Shown: positions 49,303 through 59,160, numbered from the stretch's first letter. The stretch is 64,000 nt of DNA from Candidatus Latescibacterota bacterium (GCA_965248265.1 CBDFJF010000002.1:3360001-3424000), one strand, 5' to 3'. The notes: generated by a model not told the origin, from the letters alone. A program made the numbers and translations.

Positions 49303-50580
49303 TCAGTTCACCATGAACAGACTGATTTGAGGTACATACGTAATGACCATAAGGGCACCCAACAACAGCAACAGGAACGGTACCGAGGCCCGGTACAGAG
49401 ACAGGATAGGTCGTTCGAACCGCGCACTGGCGATAAACAGGTTGAGGCCCACGGGCGGCGTCGAGTAGCCGATTTCCAGATTCGTCAGAAAGATGATTCC
49501 CAAGTGAACGGGATGTACGCCGTAGAATTCTGCGATCGGGAGTATCAGGGGGACGACGAGGATGAGGGCGGAGAACATGTCGATCATGCAACCGACGGCA
49601 AGCAGAAACACGTTGAGGAGTATCAGGAAAACAAGACGATCGCTGATATGCAGTTGAATGTAACCGAGCAGTTGATTGGGAATCTGTGCGTCGATCATGT
49701 AGCTGGTGTAGGCCATGGCGGCGGCCAGGATCACGAATATCGAGCCCACCAGCACCATGGTTCGACGGATGACCCCCGGTAGATCTCGCCAGCTGATCTC
49801 CTTGTGTATCGCCATCTCGACGATCAAAACATAGAGAACGCTCAGCGCCGCTGCTTCACTGACCGCAATCGTTCCGGAATAAATTCCGGCAATGACGACG
49901 ACGGGCAGAAGCAGCTCCCAAACGCCCTCTCTAATAGCCGCCCATGCAGGCACATTGTCCGCAATTCCCTCAGGGGAATCGCCGGCAGGCAAGGCAACGT
50001 CCTGTCGCTGGCGCCGCCCGATCACGAAGCAGTAGGCCGACAGGATGGCCACCAGCAGCAGCCCGGGGGCGATGCCGGCAACGAACAGCTGATCGATCGG
50101 AGTCTCCGAGACAATGCCGTACAGGATCAGCGGGATGGACGGTGGGAACAGCAGTCCCAGGCTGCCGGAGGTCGTCAGTAGTCCCAGTGAGAACCTCTCG
50201 GGATAGCCGGCTCGTTGCAGGGCCACAAACAGCAGTCCGCCGGCGACAACGATCGTCATGCCGGAGGCCCCGGTGAAGGCCGTCAGCAGGGCACACACGG
50301 CCACAGCGACGATCCCCAGTCCTCCCGGAAGCCATCCCAGCAAGGCGTTCGACAGACGCACCAACCGCCGGGCCGCACCGCTTTCCGCCAATAGAAAACC
50401 GGCCAGAGCGAATAGGGGAATGGCTGAAAGAGCCGGGTTGTCTGCCAGCCGGTACATTTCGATGAAGACGACCGTCGGGTCGATGCCTTCACCGACGAAG
50501 CTGATGAGAGCAAGAGCCGCAATGATGATGAAGAGCGGGGAGCCGAGTAGAGCGAGGGCGAGGGCGGCTACCGTGGTCAC
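49303..50580 (-). CDS. dctM: TRAP transporter large permease DctM
   Basis: AIPLF, FPPSIPLILYG and STPPVGLNLF motifs; GTGA overlap with dctQ. Confidence 0.93.
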   Translation of the reverse strand: MTTVAALALALLGSPLFIIIAALALISFVGEGIDPTVVFIEMYRLADNPALSAIPLFALAGFLLAESGAARRLVRLSNALLGWLPGGLGIVAVAVCALLTAFTGASGMTIVVAGGLLFVALQRAGYPERFSLGLLTTSGSLGLLFPPSIPLILYGIVSETPIDQLFVAGIAPGLLLVAILSAYCFVIGRRQRQDVALPAGDSPEGIADNVPAWAAIREGVWELLLPVVVIAGIYSGTIAVSEAAALSVLYVLIVEMAIHKEISWRDLPGVIRRTMVLVGSIFVILAAAMAYTSYMIDAQIPNQLLGYIQLHISDRLVFLILLNVFLLAVGCMIDMFSALILVVPLILPIAEFYGVHPVHLGIIFLTNLEIGYSTPPVGLNLFIASARFERPILSLYRASVPFLLLLLGALMVITYVPQISLFMVN

Positions 50581-51149
50581 GGTATCGGCGATATCCGCAA
50601 CGATGATGAACACCGGAGCGATGACCAGCATCGTCTGAGAAACCGCCAGCTCATCACTCCAAAAGCCAGAGGAAAAATGACCTGGAAGATCCAATTGGGC
50701 AGGTCTAGGGCGCCCTGCATGCCGTAGGTGTACTCATCGTGGACGAAATCGACAGCAATCACCGCCAGTAGTCCACATACTGCCGCATTGAACAGATAGA
50801 TAGAGGCATCGACGTAGCGCCTCTTACCGCCGGGTAGCAGTCGCAGGATGGTGTCGATGCGGAGGTGTCGATTCTCGCGAGCTGCGACAAGGGCTCCCAT
50901 GAAGGCCGTCCACAACACCAGCATGCGCACGACGGGATCCGCCCACAGCAAGGTGATGGAAAACAGGTTGCGCAGCAAAATTTGGGCGATGGCGACCACC
51001 ACGAGGATGATGGTGAGTAGAACCAGGAAGGCGTCCTCCGTGCGCTCTACGCGAGAGCCGTCGAGGACCGGCCCAGGTTGAGGCGTCGTCGGCCGGGGCC
51101 TGGCTGACTGAGCAGACTCGTCACTCTCGTCTGTTGAAGTTCCGATCAT
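50577..51149 (-). CDS. dctQ: TRAP transporter small permease DctQ
   Basis: Four TM helices, QILLRN and HLRID. Confidence 0.9.
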   Translation of the reverse strand: MIGTSTDESDESAQSARPRPTTPQPGPVLDGSRVERTEDAFLVLLTIILVVVAIAQILLRNLFSITLLWADPVVRMLVLWTAFMGALVAARENRHLRIDTILRLLPGGKRRYVDASIYLFNAAVCGLLAVIAVDFVHDEYTYGMQGALDLPNWIFQVIFPLAFGVMSWRFLRRCWSSLRCSSSLRISPIP

Positions 51150-52192
51150 GGAGTCCGGCGGCCTTCCCGCAACGTGGCAAGATGATCCTGGACCAGGTCG
51201 GCAGCTGTTTTGGAGAATGCATGGTCGACCAATTCCGGCATAGATTCATCCACGAGCGCCTGGAAACCCCGGATTTCTTTTTCGGGTGGAACGACGCGGA
51301 CCAGTCCCTGTTGCTCCAGTACCTGCAGCGCTTCCCGGTTCTGAAGACGGCTGCTGGCCATCTGCGCGCGCATGTGTTTCCAGGATATGGAGCGCAGCAG
51401 ATCGCCATGCTCCGGAGACAGCCTGTTGAACACGCGCTTGTCCACAAGGAAGGCACCCAGGGCATAGTTGATTGGCAGATCGGTGAAATGGGTGACCTTG
51501 GTGAACCACTGCAGAACGATGGCGGCAGCTGGTGAGGCATAGACGACCTCGACCAGGTTCATCTGCAGTCCCAGCAGGACGTCCGGGATAGACAACGGCA
51601 CTGAAGTCACGCCTGCTTTCTTGAAGAGGACGCCCGTGATCGGCTCTCCCTGTAGCCGCCAGACCTTCACGTTCTTTATGTCCTCAGCGCCTGTGATCGG
51701 TTGCTTCGAGAGTAGATGGATGAATCCGACATCGGCCCAACCCAGCAGGACATAGCCATTGCGGTCGTAACCGTCCACATAGTAGTCGTGCATCTGCTCC
51801 AGGACGTAGTCGACCTCGTCATAGTTCGAAAAAAGAAAAGGGGTCTCCAGGGCCAGTACGTCGGGGAAGAGGTTGCTGACTCCGATGCCGCCGAACCCGG
51901 CTCCGTGCAACTGTCCTACCCTCATCTTGCGAATCATTACTTCCTCTTCGCCTTGGACCCCTCCGGGGTAGATGCGAAGTCCGATCGCGTCCTCCGTCGA
52001 CGCTCTGACTTCGGCGTCGATGGATCTCAAGGCCTTCACCCAACTGCTCCCATCCGGGGCCAGAGTGGCCACCTTGACCAGCTGGGTGGGAAAGACCTCG
52101 AATGAAGAGGATACGACAAGCGTGAGAGCCATCGTCAACGAGCGCAGCGCGCACATGGTTGTTGCGTGCCTAAAAGAATACATCGGTTTCAT
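51146..52192 (-). CDS. dctP: TRAP substrate-binding protein DctP (TatP-type)
   Basis: KVATLAPDGSSW, YPGGVQG and KMRVGQL motifs. Confidence 0.92.
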   Translation of the reverse strand: MKPMYSFRHATTMCALRSLTMALTLVVSSSFEVFPTQLVKVATLAPDGSSWVKALRSIDAEVRASTEDAIGLRIYPGGVQGEEEVMIRKMRVGQLHGAGFGGIGVSNLFPDVLALETPFLFSNYDEVDYVLEQMHDYYVDGYDRNGYVLLGWADVGFIHLLSKQPITGAEDIKNVKVWRLQGEPITGVLFKKAGVTSVPLSIPDVLLGLQMNLVEVVYASPAAAIVLQWFTKVTHFTDLPINYALGAFLVDKRVFNRLSPEHGDLLRSISWKHMRAQMASSRLQNREALQVLEQQGLVRVVPPEKEIRGFQALVDESMPELVDHAFSKTAADLVQDHLATLREGRRTP

Positions 52193-53060
52193 CCAACAGC
52201 GTCAGTGCCAGGCCGTGGGCGGCAGTATTCTGCAACGTCAACTCGGGAACGGCGTCAACGGGTACATCCAGTGCTTGGTGTAGTAGTGATTCGTAAAGTT
52301 CGCGGTCATAAACTTGCCTGGCGTAGTACCGAGCCATCTGCACGAACACGATCGCTGACTTACCATCACTCAGTTCCACCGCTCGTTCGAAGTGCTCGCG
52401 GGAGCGTTCGGGTTTACCCCCTAGCATGGGAGGCAGTGCCGCATAATAAATACCGAGAAACAAATGCGGGCTGCCCAACAGGATGGTCTCGTCGCGTTCG
52501 AGCACCCACTCCATCAGCAGGATAACCCGTGGCAGGTCGGCAAGTGCGGTCATCGACTCCGTATGAACGCTGATCCAGGCTCCCCACCCGCTGGCGGCCC
52601 AGAATACGAACTCGACGTCCTCAGAGCGCAGCGCCGACGTGATCTGGGTGAACTGACTATACGGAGCGGCCAACAGGGGAGCGACGGCTCGCCTCTTCTG
52701 GACCAGCGCTCTCAGGCCGTAGTCCTTGCCGCGTCGGTACATCAGGCGAGCCCGTTCGGGCGTGTTCGACTCGATCAAGGCTCCGTATGAGGTATAGGCT
52801 TGAGAGGCCTCGATCAGCAAATCGGCGTCGTTCGGGTTGCCTTCCAGCAGGCCGTCCATCAGCAGCAGATACGTGGGGGCAGCCTGGGTTACGAGTTCTG
52901 CGTCCTCATGTTTGTTGGTGGCAGATGTCAGATCCTCCATCAATGAGCCCATCGCGGCATTGCGCAGCAAACCACATCCCGCAACCGATATGAGTAGGAC
53001 CGAAACAACCGCTGCGCCAAGGTGTGCACGGCTCGGGTGGCAGGAAATTGGAGAGGTCAT
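52170..53060 (-). CDS. TRAP TatT component (TPR-like lipoprotein)
   Basis: Lipobox VAGC and PPMLGG.PERSREHFERA motif, directly upstream of dctP. Confidence 0.88.
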   Translation of the reverse strand: MTSPISCHPSRAHLGAAVVSVLLISVAGCGLLRNAAMGSLMEDLTSATNKHEDAELVTQAAPTYLLLMDGLLEGNPNDADLLIEASQAYTSYGALIESNTPERARLMYRRGKDYGLRALVQKRRAVAPLLAAPYSQFTQITSALRSEDVEFVFWAASGWGAWISVHTESMTALADLPRVILLMEWVLERDETILLGSPHLFLGIYYAALPPMLGGKPERSREHFERAVELSDGKSAIVFVQMARYYARQVYDRELYESLLHQALDVPVDAVPELTLQNTAAHGLALTLLDETDVFF

Positions 53061-53081
53061 CAGCACAAGTGAATAGGTGTG

Positions 53082-53840
53082 CTACCTGGCGCACCAACCC
53101 CCGTCAACGACGAGGATGTGTCCGCTGACATAATCGGAAGCACTCGAAGCCAGAAAAATGGTCGCTCCTTTGAGATCCTCAGGTTCACCCCATCGTCCGG
53201 CAGGGATGCGCTCGAGGATCGCCTGGGAGCGGTCTTCATCCGCACGTAGCGCCGAGGTGTTGCGGGTAACCATGTAACCGGGGGCGATGGCGTTGACGTT
53301 GATGTTGTGGGCCGCCCATTCGTTGGCCATCGCCTTCGTGAGTTGTCCCACTGCACCTTTACTGGCAGCGTACCCGGGAACCAGAATGCCGCCGGAGAAC
53401 GTCAACACTGATGCCGTGGTAATGATCTTGCCTCTGCCTTGGGACAACATGTGCCTGCCCGCCAGCTGACTCCCGAACCAGACCGCATCGAGGTTGACGT
53501 TGAGGACGCGATCCCAGTCCTCGTCTGGGTGCTCGGCGATGGGGGCGCGGTGAATGATGCCGGCATTGTTGACGAGTATATCCAGTCTACTCTGCCAGGC
53601 GTGGGCCTCGTCTACGGCCGTACGCAGTTGCTCGCGATCGCCGACATCGCATTCGAGAGCCAGAAACCGACGTCCGGAGGATTCAACCTCGTTGCCGACC
53701 TCAGCGAGGTTTTCGCGGTCTCGGCTGATACCGGCGACATCCGCTCCGGCTTCCGCCAGGCCTGCCGCCATGGCCCTACCCAGGCCAAAACTGGCACCTG
53801 TAACCAACGCGATCTGTCCGTCCAGGTTGAAACGCCGCAC
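53082..53840 (-). CDS. SDR oxidoreductase, 2-deoxy-D-gluconate 3-dehydrogenase (KduD)-like
   Basis: TGASFGLG, NNAG, YAASKG, NEWA and RIPAGRWG motifs. Confidence 0.85.
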   Translation of the reverse strand: MRRFNLDGQIALVTGASFGLGRAMAAGLAEAGADVAGISRDRENLAEVGNEVESSGRRFLALECDVGDREQLRTAVDEAHAWQSRLDILVNNAGIIHRAPIAEHPDEDWDRVLNVNLDAVWFGSQLAGRHMLSQGRGKIITTASVLTFSGGILVPGYAASKGAVGQLTKAMANEWAAHNINVNAIAPGYMVTRNTSALRADEDRSQAILERIPAGRWGEPEDLKGATIFLASSASDYVSGHILVVDGGWCAR

Positions 53841-53862
53841 TGTATCGTCCTCTTGGTCCGGT

Positions 53863-54954
53863 TCAGGGTGGATCTTGGTTTGCTGTCAGTTCGGCAGTGC
53901 TATCTCGCAAACATGCTCGAGGTGATTCGGTTTGCGAGCACGACCGGCTGATTTCGACCAACCGGCGCAGATCGTTTTCACATGCGCCATACAGGGCATC
54001 GAAGTCATCCAGATCGTGGTATCGCCTGTAGGAAAGCAGGCGTGCATTGTTCACGCTCCAGTCGAGAAATCCGTCATACCGTGAAGGTGACTGGAGAAGC
54101 GTCTCGCGAACAGAGCGGTAGTCTGACTTGGCTCTGTTGAACACAGAGACCCTTTCGCTCAGGATCTGTTCCCGATCGCGACCCGAATTGTATAGACTTT
54201 CAAGTTCGGTTACCAGTTCATGCACGAAGTCTCGGAACGCCTGCGCATCCAGACGGCGTCGGTGCGCGTCGCCGATTTGCTGGCTGGAAGCACCATACTG
54301 TTCAGCAAGAAAGCCAAGGCTGCCCATCCTGCCGACGAAGGTTGCCAGACTCTCGTTGAAATCCGTGTGGCCGGCCGCGAAAACCGTGCCGTGGGTCAAC
54401 TCATGCAACAGTAGAGATGCGAGCGCGTCGTCTGAGTATTCAAGCATGTTGCCGAGCACGGGGTCGGAGAAGAATCCAAGAGTGCTGTAGGCTGACACCT
54501 GGCCCAACCATACGTCCAATCCCGCAGATTCCAGTGCGGAGCGCTCCGCGTGTGCCTGATCGAGATTGAAGAATCCCATGTACGGGACAGCGCCGACGAT
54601 CGGAAAGCTCCACAGATGGGGTTCGAATCGGTCCGGAGGAGAGGCGCTCAGATTCCAAGAAACAGGTCGTCCACCCGTATCATAGAAGCTGGTGTACTGA
54701 TCGCCAACGACAAGCCCGATCTGTTGCCGGCCATAGTCGCGGACGGCAGCTACGAAACCAAGTCTGGCCTTGCTGTGAGGATCAAAGTCGGGATCGTGCA
54801 GCAATTCTGAAATGGGCCTCGAGTTGACAATCAGCCGCAGTTGCCCGCGAGCCAGATGCAGATAATAGCCGAGGCTCGGGCCTATGGTCAGGAGAAGGAT
54901 GGCTCCCAACAGCGCCGCGGGCAGCAGGTATTTGACTGCGGCGCGGGCAACCAT
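53863..54954 (-). CDS. Putative zinc aminopeptidase (DUF2265-like)
   Basis: WSFPIVG.VPY.GFF, AYSTLG.FSDP, HELTH, FNESLA and NNARL motifs. Confidence 0.88.
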   Translation of the reverse strand: MVARAAVKYLLPAALLGAILLLTIGPSLGYYLHLARGQLRLIVNSRPISELLHDPDFDPHSKARLGFVAAVRDYGRQQIGLVVGDQYTSFYDTGGRPVSWNLSASPPDRFEPHLWSFPIVGAVPYMGFFNLDQAHAERSALESAGLDVWLGQVSAYSTLGFFSDPVLGNMLEYSDDALASLLLHELTHGTVFAAGHTDFNESLATFVGRMGSLGFLAEQYGASSQQIGDAHRRRLDAQAFRDFVHELVTELESLYNSGRDREQILSERVSVFNRAKSDYRSVRETLLQSPSRYDGFLDWSVNNARLLSYRRYHDLDDFDALYGACENDLRRLVEISRSCSQTESPRACLRDSTAELTANQDPP

Positions 54955-54968
54955 CTAGCTTGCTCAGC

Positions 54969-55517
54969 TCAACTTCCAGCGGTGGCTTGCACTGCTTTAT
55001 GGATTTTCGCCATCTCGCCGTTGAGCCCGACGATGACCTCATTGGCCTCTTGGTATTTATTCTGGGCATCGTCGTAATGATGGCGAAAATCGCCCCCGTC
55101 CTGCTCAAGTTCCCAGCCGTCGATGGTGGCCTCGTAGGCCGCAAGGCGCAAGGAGATGAGTTTCTTGATGTCTCGGTGAAAGGGAGCCAGCAGCGACGGC
55201 GGCTCGAGGGCTTCGAGTTCTGCCAGGAGCTGGTTCAACAGTTCCCGAGCGTCGCTGGCCGCAGGCGCCAGATTCTCCCCGGTACCCTTGCCCGAGGATC
55301 CCAGGACCTTGTCAACTGTCGCCTGAATGGTCCCAATCCTGTGGATGAACGGGTCTATGTTGCTCAGGTATCGGTTGATCTCTTCGGTCGATCCATACGC
55401 CGTTTCGGGTTTATGATCAGCCTGTGATTGTGACTCATCTGCGTCATCACTGCAGGTGGTGAAGATGATTGTTGCCAGCAGGCTTGTCGCGATAAGGATT
55501 GCTCTTCGAAGTGCCAT
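54969..55517 (-). CDS. Hypothetical helical lipoprotein
   Basis: Signal peptide ending TTC-SDD. Confidence 0.7.
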   Translation of the reverse strand: MALRRAILIATSLLATIIFTTCSDDADESQSQADHKPETAYGSTEEINRYLSNIDPFIHRIGTIQATVDKVLGSSGKGTGENLAPAASDARELLNQLLAELEALEPPSLLAPFHRDIKKLISLRLAAYEATIDGWELEQDGGDFRHHYDDAQNKYQEANEVIVGLNGEMAKIHKAVQATAGS

Positions 55518-55676
55518 CTTGTTCAGTCCCTCACTGGTGTATGGGAAGTGCTCAAAGACTGCCGTTGAACCGTTGGCAAATCAGAAATGCCGGTGGGGCA
55601 ATGGGTCCACGAATAGGGAATTGGTCGCTGCAGATGACCGATTTTTCTCGGACCGGGATGGTCCGAGGGGATCTGA

Positions 55677-56174
55677 CTACTTACTTGAGGGAGGCGCTAC
55701 GATGTTTTCCCCATCGTAAACCAGATTGCCTTCGACATCGAGGATCTTGCCGTCGGAAGTGAACTCGTATTTCATCGATTGCCCCAACGTCAGGTGGCGT
55801 TGTACCTCCTCGAGGTCGCCGTACTTCTCTATCAGCTTTTCTATCGGTCCCTCGAACGAAGTGGCTCGCCATTTGGGCCGGTTCTTATCGCGCTCGGTGC
55901 GCTCTTCCGTTGTCATGATCGGAAGACGTTCGGCTGCGGGCGAGAACTTGCCGCCCATAGCCTGCCGCCGCCGGTACTGTTCGTGCCGCTTTTCAGATTC
56001 GGTCAGCATTTCCTCGGGAACACTGCTGAGTCCGTCCCCGTCCTTGGGCCTCTCATCGGCCTGCATGCGCGCTCGAGCCTCTTCTGCCTCACGTTCCAGC
56101 CGACTCTCGCGTTCCTCATCGAGACTGAAGTCCGTGCCAATCTTTCTCAGAACCGAGCGGGCCGAGCGATTCAT
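55677..56174 (-). CDS. Hypothetical charged protein
   Basis: 165-aa ORF with a GGAG SD and natural protein-like composition. Confidence 0.6.
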   Translation of the reverse strand: MNRSARSVLRKIGTDFSLDEERESRLEREAEEARARMQADERPKDGDGLSSVPEEMLTESEKRHEQYRRRQAMGGKFSPAAERLPIMTTEERTERDKNRPKWRATSFEGPIEKLIEKYGDLEEVQRHLTLGQSMKYEFTSDGKILDVEGNLVYDGENIVAPPSSK

Positions 56175-56425
56175 CCGCTTGTCACTCCGTCTAATGGGTC
56201 GTGCCAGAACAACTATATCATACGTAATATAGTCTGCAGGACTCATTTGGCCAAGATTGACAGAGTGCGCACAGGCCCAAGTTACGGAGCTCCATCCTTC
56301 CAGCGCGCGCCGCGGTCTCGACGGCCTCGTCATCGGCGCTGCAGGCGGGCGCGGTGGCAGAGAGTACCCGGTGTGGTTATCTTGGCTGCAGACACCATCT
56401 CCTCAACGACAAGTGAGGCAACCCG

Positions 56426-56566
56426 ATGGATGAAGGTCAAGAAGAGTCCAAATCCAGCCGAGAAACCGTCGAGGAACGCGTAGAGCGCATCCGCTTGCTA
56501 CTCCAGGATCGAGGTGAGGATATGGCAAAATTGGTGCGCACGTGGTTACACAAAGAAGACGAGTGA
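56426..56566 (+). CDS. 46-aa microprotein resembling the FliF C-terminal FliG-binding helix
   Basis: Hand-translated MDEGQEESKSSRETVEERVERIRLLLQDRGEDMAKLVRTWLHKEDE*; GAGG SD; in-frame TGA at 56414-16. Confidence 0.65.
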   Translation: MDEGQEESKSSRETVEERVERIRLLLQDRGEDMAKLVRTWLHKEDE

Positions 56567-56589
56567 TAGCGGTTAATCGGAGCGGGTGA

Positions 56590-57609
56590 ATGGGATTTCT
56601 TTCGCGGTTTTTATCCAACGACATAGGGATCGATCTCGGTACGGCCAACACGTTGATCTACGTAAAAGGGGAAGGCATCGTCTTGAACGAGCCTTCCATC
56701 GTCGCCCGTCATATCATGACGAAAAAGACGATAGCGGTCGGCGCCGAAGCCAAGGAGATGATGGGCCGTGAGAACTCGGAGATCGAGACCATACGTCCCC
56801 TCAAGGATGGTGTAATCGCCGACTTCGAAGTGACTGAGGAGATGATCAGGCACTTCATCCGAAAGGTTCAGCGCAACAAGCTATTCGTTCGCCCCCGGAT
56901 TGTCGTCTCCGTGCCTTCGGGCAGCACGGAGGTCGAAAAGCGGGCGGTCAGAAACTCCTGCGAACGCGTCGGGGCTCGCGACGTTTTCCTCGTGAGCGAG
57001 CCGATGGCAGCTGCCATCGGTATCGGGCTCCCGGTTGAGCAGGCCGTCGGTTCCATGGTCATCGATGTGGGTGGTGGGACGACGGAGATTGCCGTCATAG
57101 CACTGTCGGGCGTTGTGGCTCCCGAATCGATTCGCGTGGCTGGGGACGAAATGGACCGGGCCATCACGGAGTGGATGCGCAAGAAGTACAACCTCCTGAT
57201 CGGTCCTCGCAACGCCGAACAACTGAAGTTTCAGATCGGTTCAGCCATGCCACTCGATCCCGAAGAGGAGGCCCCGGTGCGGGGCAGGGATCTCGTCGCT
57301 GCGATTCCGAAGACCCTGATGGTCGACTCCCGTGAGATTAGAGAAGCCCTTAGCGAGCCGGTGGAGCAGATCGTCGCCGGCGTTCGCCGAGCCCTGGAGC
57401 GCACGCCGCCTGAGTTGGCCGCTGACATTCTGGATCGCGGCATGGTTCTCAGCGGTGGTGGTGGCAAACTTCGAGGTCTGCGCGAACGCTTGATAGAGGC
57501 TACTAGCCTTCCAACCTTTCTCGATACCGAGGATCCATTGTCCGCGGTTGTACGCGGCAACGCCCGGGTCCTGGATGAGTTCGAGCGTTATCAGAAAGTC
57601 CTCTACTGA
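56590..57609 (+). CDS. mreB: Rod shape-determining protein MreB
   Basis: DLGTANT, PLKDGVIADF, DVGGGTTE and PPELAADI motifs. Confidence 0.97.
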   Translation: MGFLSRFLSNDIGIDLGTANTLIYVKGEGIVLNEPSIVARHIMTKKTIAVGAEAKEMMGRENSEIETIRPLKDGVIADFEVTEEMIRHFIRKVQRNKLFVRPRIVVSVPSGSTEVEKRAVRNSCERVGARDVFLVSEPMAAAIGIGLPVEQAVGSMVIDVGGGTTEIAVIALSGVVAPESIRVAGDEMDRAITEWMRKKYNLLIGPRNAEQLKFQIGSAMPLDPEEEAPVRGRDLVAAIPKTLMVDSREIREALSEPVEQIVAGVRRALERTPPELAADILDRGMVLSGGGGKLRGLRERLIEATSLPTFLDTEDPLSAVVRGNARVLDEFERYQKVLY

Positions 57610-57700
57610 CGGGCACTACGCCTGGTTCCGCGACAGCATGAACTGTCATCAGACGCTTCTTCGCGTTCCCGATCGGCCGTTCTCGGTGTCATACTGAATC

Positions 57701-58474
57701 GTGTTACAACCCAGCCGACAGTACATCCTCTTCGCCATCGCGCTGGTGGCCTCGCTCACGCTCATGGGCCTTCCGGGAGCGAAAAAAGAGCTGGTCGCCG
57801 AATACTTGCGCTCCGGTCTTTGGTCGTCGGGTCAACTGCTGTTCTCCCGGGTGATCAGCCATGCCACGAACGCGGAGAAAACCCGCTTTTTACTCACCCA
57901 GAACGTCAAGCTCGCCCTCGAAAACATGCAGCTACGGGAGGCAGCGGAGGAAAACAAGCGACTGCGTGAGTTGTTGGTGTTCAAGCAACGCGAACAGTCC
58001 TGGGTGCCCGTACCTGCAGAGGTCATTGCGCGTGATCCCGATCAGCTGTACGACACCATAACCATCGATGCCGGGATGGACCGGCAACTGCGCAAGGAGA
58101 TGCCGGTCGTCACAGCGCAGGGCCTGGTTGGCCATCTGCTGGAGGTGGAGGAACACAGTTCGGTAGTCCGTCTCATCACCTCAACGGGTTCGGGGGTGAG
58201 CGCGGTTGTGCAGAATGGGAGGGCTCTGGGGATCGTGTACTGGGTGCCGGGTGGTCACTTCTTGTTGCGCTATGTGGATGCCAGCAGTCAAATCGCAGAG
58301 GGGGATCGTGTCGTTACCTCAGGCATGGGAGGTCGCTATCCCCGGGATATCACGATCGGCTACGTCACAGAGATTAGGGAGCCCGAGAGAGACCCCCTCT
58401 TCAAGGAAGTATTCCTTGAATCGAAGGTTGATTTCCGGGACCTCGAAGAGGTTTTCGTGATCGGCTCCTCGTGA
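57701..58474 (+). CDS. mreC: Rod shape-determining protein MreC
   Basis: ENKRLRELL, GLVG and VVTSGMGG motifs. Confidence 0.93.
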   Translation: MLQPSRQYILFAIALVASLTLMGLPGAKKELVAEYLRSGLWSSGQLLFSRVISHATNAEKTRFLLTQNVKLALENMQLREAAEENKRLRELLVFKQREQSWVPVPAEVIARDPDQLYDTITIDAGMDRQLRKEMPVVTAQGLVGHLLEVEEHSSVVRLITSTGSGVSAVVQNGRALGIVYWVPGGHFLLRYVDASSQIAEGDRVVTSGMGGRYPRDITIGYVTEIREPERDPLFKEVFLESKVDFRDLEEVFVIGSS

Positions 58475-58549
58475 ATGACACCCGCCCAAACCCTTCCAGC
58501 CGCGTGATTTTTCGCCTGTTTAGCGGCTCCTGGGACGTACCCAGGCATC

Positions 58550-58578
58550 TTGACAATCGGAGCCCGGTTGGTTATTAT
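58550..58578 (+). promoter_or_regulatory. Sigma70 promoter of the HU operon
   Basis: TTGACA-N17-TATTAT. Confidence 0.7.
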
Positions 58579-58698
58579 CCGTAATTGATTTTCAGATTAG
58601 GGGCCATCCAAAAGTGCCTGGTAGGCAACGAGTTATGCTGCAGGCACTGGCCGCATGCCAACATTGGACTGCAGTTCTATATCAAGGGAGGACCGGCC

Positions 58699-59037
58699 TT
58701 GACAAAGGCTGATATCGTACGGCAGGTCGCACAGACAACCGGCTTGACAAAAACCGACACATCGGCAGTGGTCGATGGCTTCATCGCCTCTGTTATCGAT
58801 GCGCTGCAGGATGGTGAGCATATCGAGATTCGCGGATTCGGCACGTTCAAAGCAGTCAGCCGGGCACCGCGTACAGGCCGCAATCCAAGGACAGGTTCGG
58901 AAGTCAAAATTTCGCGACGACGTGCCCCCGTGTTCAAACCTTCGAAAGAGTTGAGGGCGCGCGTCGAAGACAGCAATGGAGCCCCACCGACTGGAGCGAA
59001 AAAAGATGCCTTGTGGGAAGAAGAGAAAGCGGCATAA
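58699..59037 (+). CDS. hup: HU/IHF family DNA-binding protein
   Basis: TKADIV, IRGFGTF, GRNPRTG and PVFKPSKELR motifs; GGAGG SD before a TTG start. Confidence 0.93.
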   Translation: MTKADIVRQVAQTTGLTKTDTSAVVDGFIASVIDALQDGEHIEIRGFGTFKAVSRAPRTGRNPRTGSEVKISRRRAPVFKPSKELRARVEDSNGAPPTGAKKDALWEEEKAA

Positions 59038-59101
59038 GATCAACACGCACAAACGCAAGAAGCGTTTGCGCAAAAATCGTCACAAGAAGCGTTCCATCTA
59101 A
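59006..59101 (+). CDS. bS22/mS38 (AURKAIP1/COX24-domain) small ribosomal protein, 31 aa
   Basis: MPCGKKRKRHKINTHKRKKRLRKNRHKKRSI*; GGAG SD; overlaps the HU 3' end by 32 nt. Confidence 0.85.
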   Translation: MPCGKKRKRHKINTHKRKKRLRKNRHKKRSI

Positions 59102-59109
59102 ATGCATGC

Positions 59110-59160
59110 ACACCAACCCCCCCGTACGAGTTCGTGGGTGGGTTGGTGTATGGTCGTTTT
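59110..59160 (+). terminator. Stem-loop after the HU/bS22 genes
   Basis: ACACCAACCC (59110-19) pairs with GGGTTGGTGT (59140-49); weak U tract. Confidence 0.45.

Noticed and set aside
49301-49591. Long N-terminal extension of the lytic transglycosylase ORF
   Set aside because: It overlaps the dctM 3' end in another frame and reads as non-coding translation.
58475-58698. mreD remnant after mreC
   Set aside because: No hydrophobic ORF is present; the region holds the HU promoter, so mreD is elsewhere or absent.
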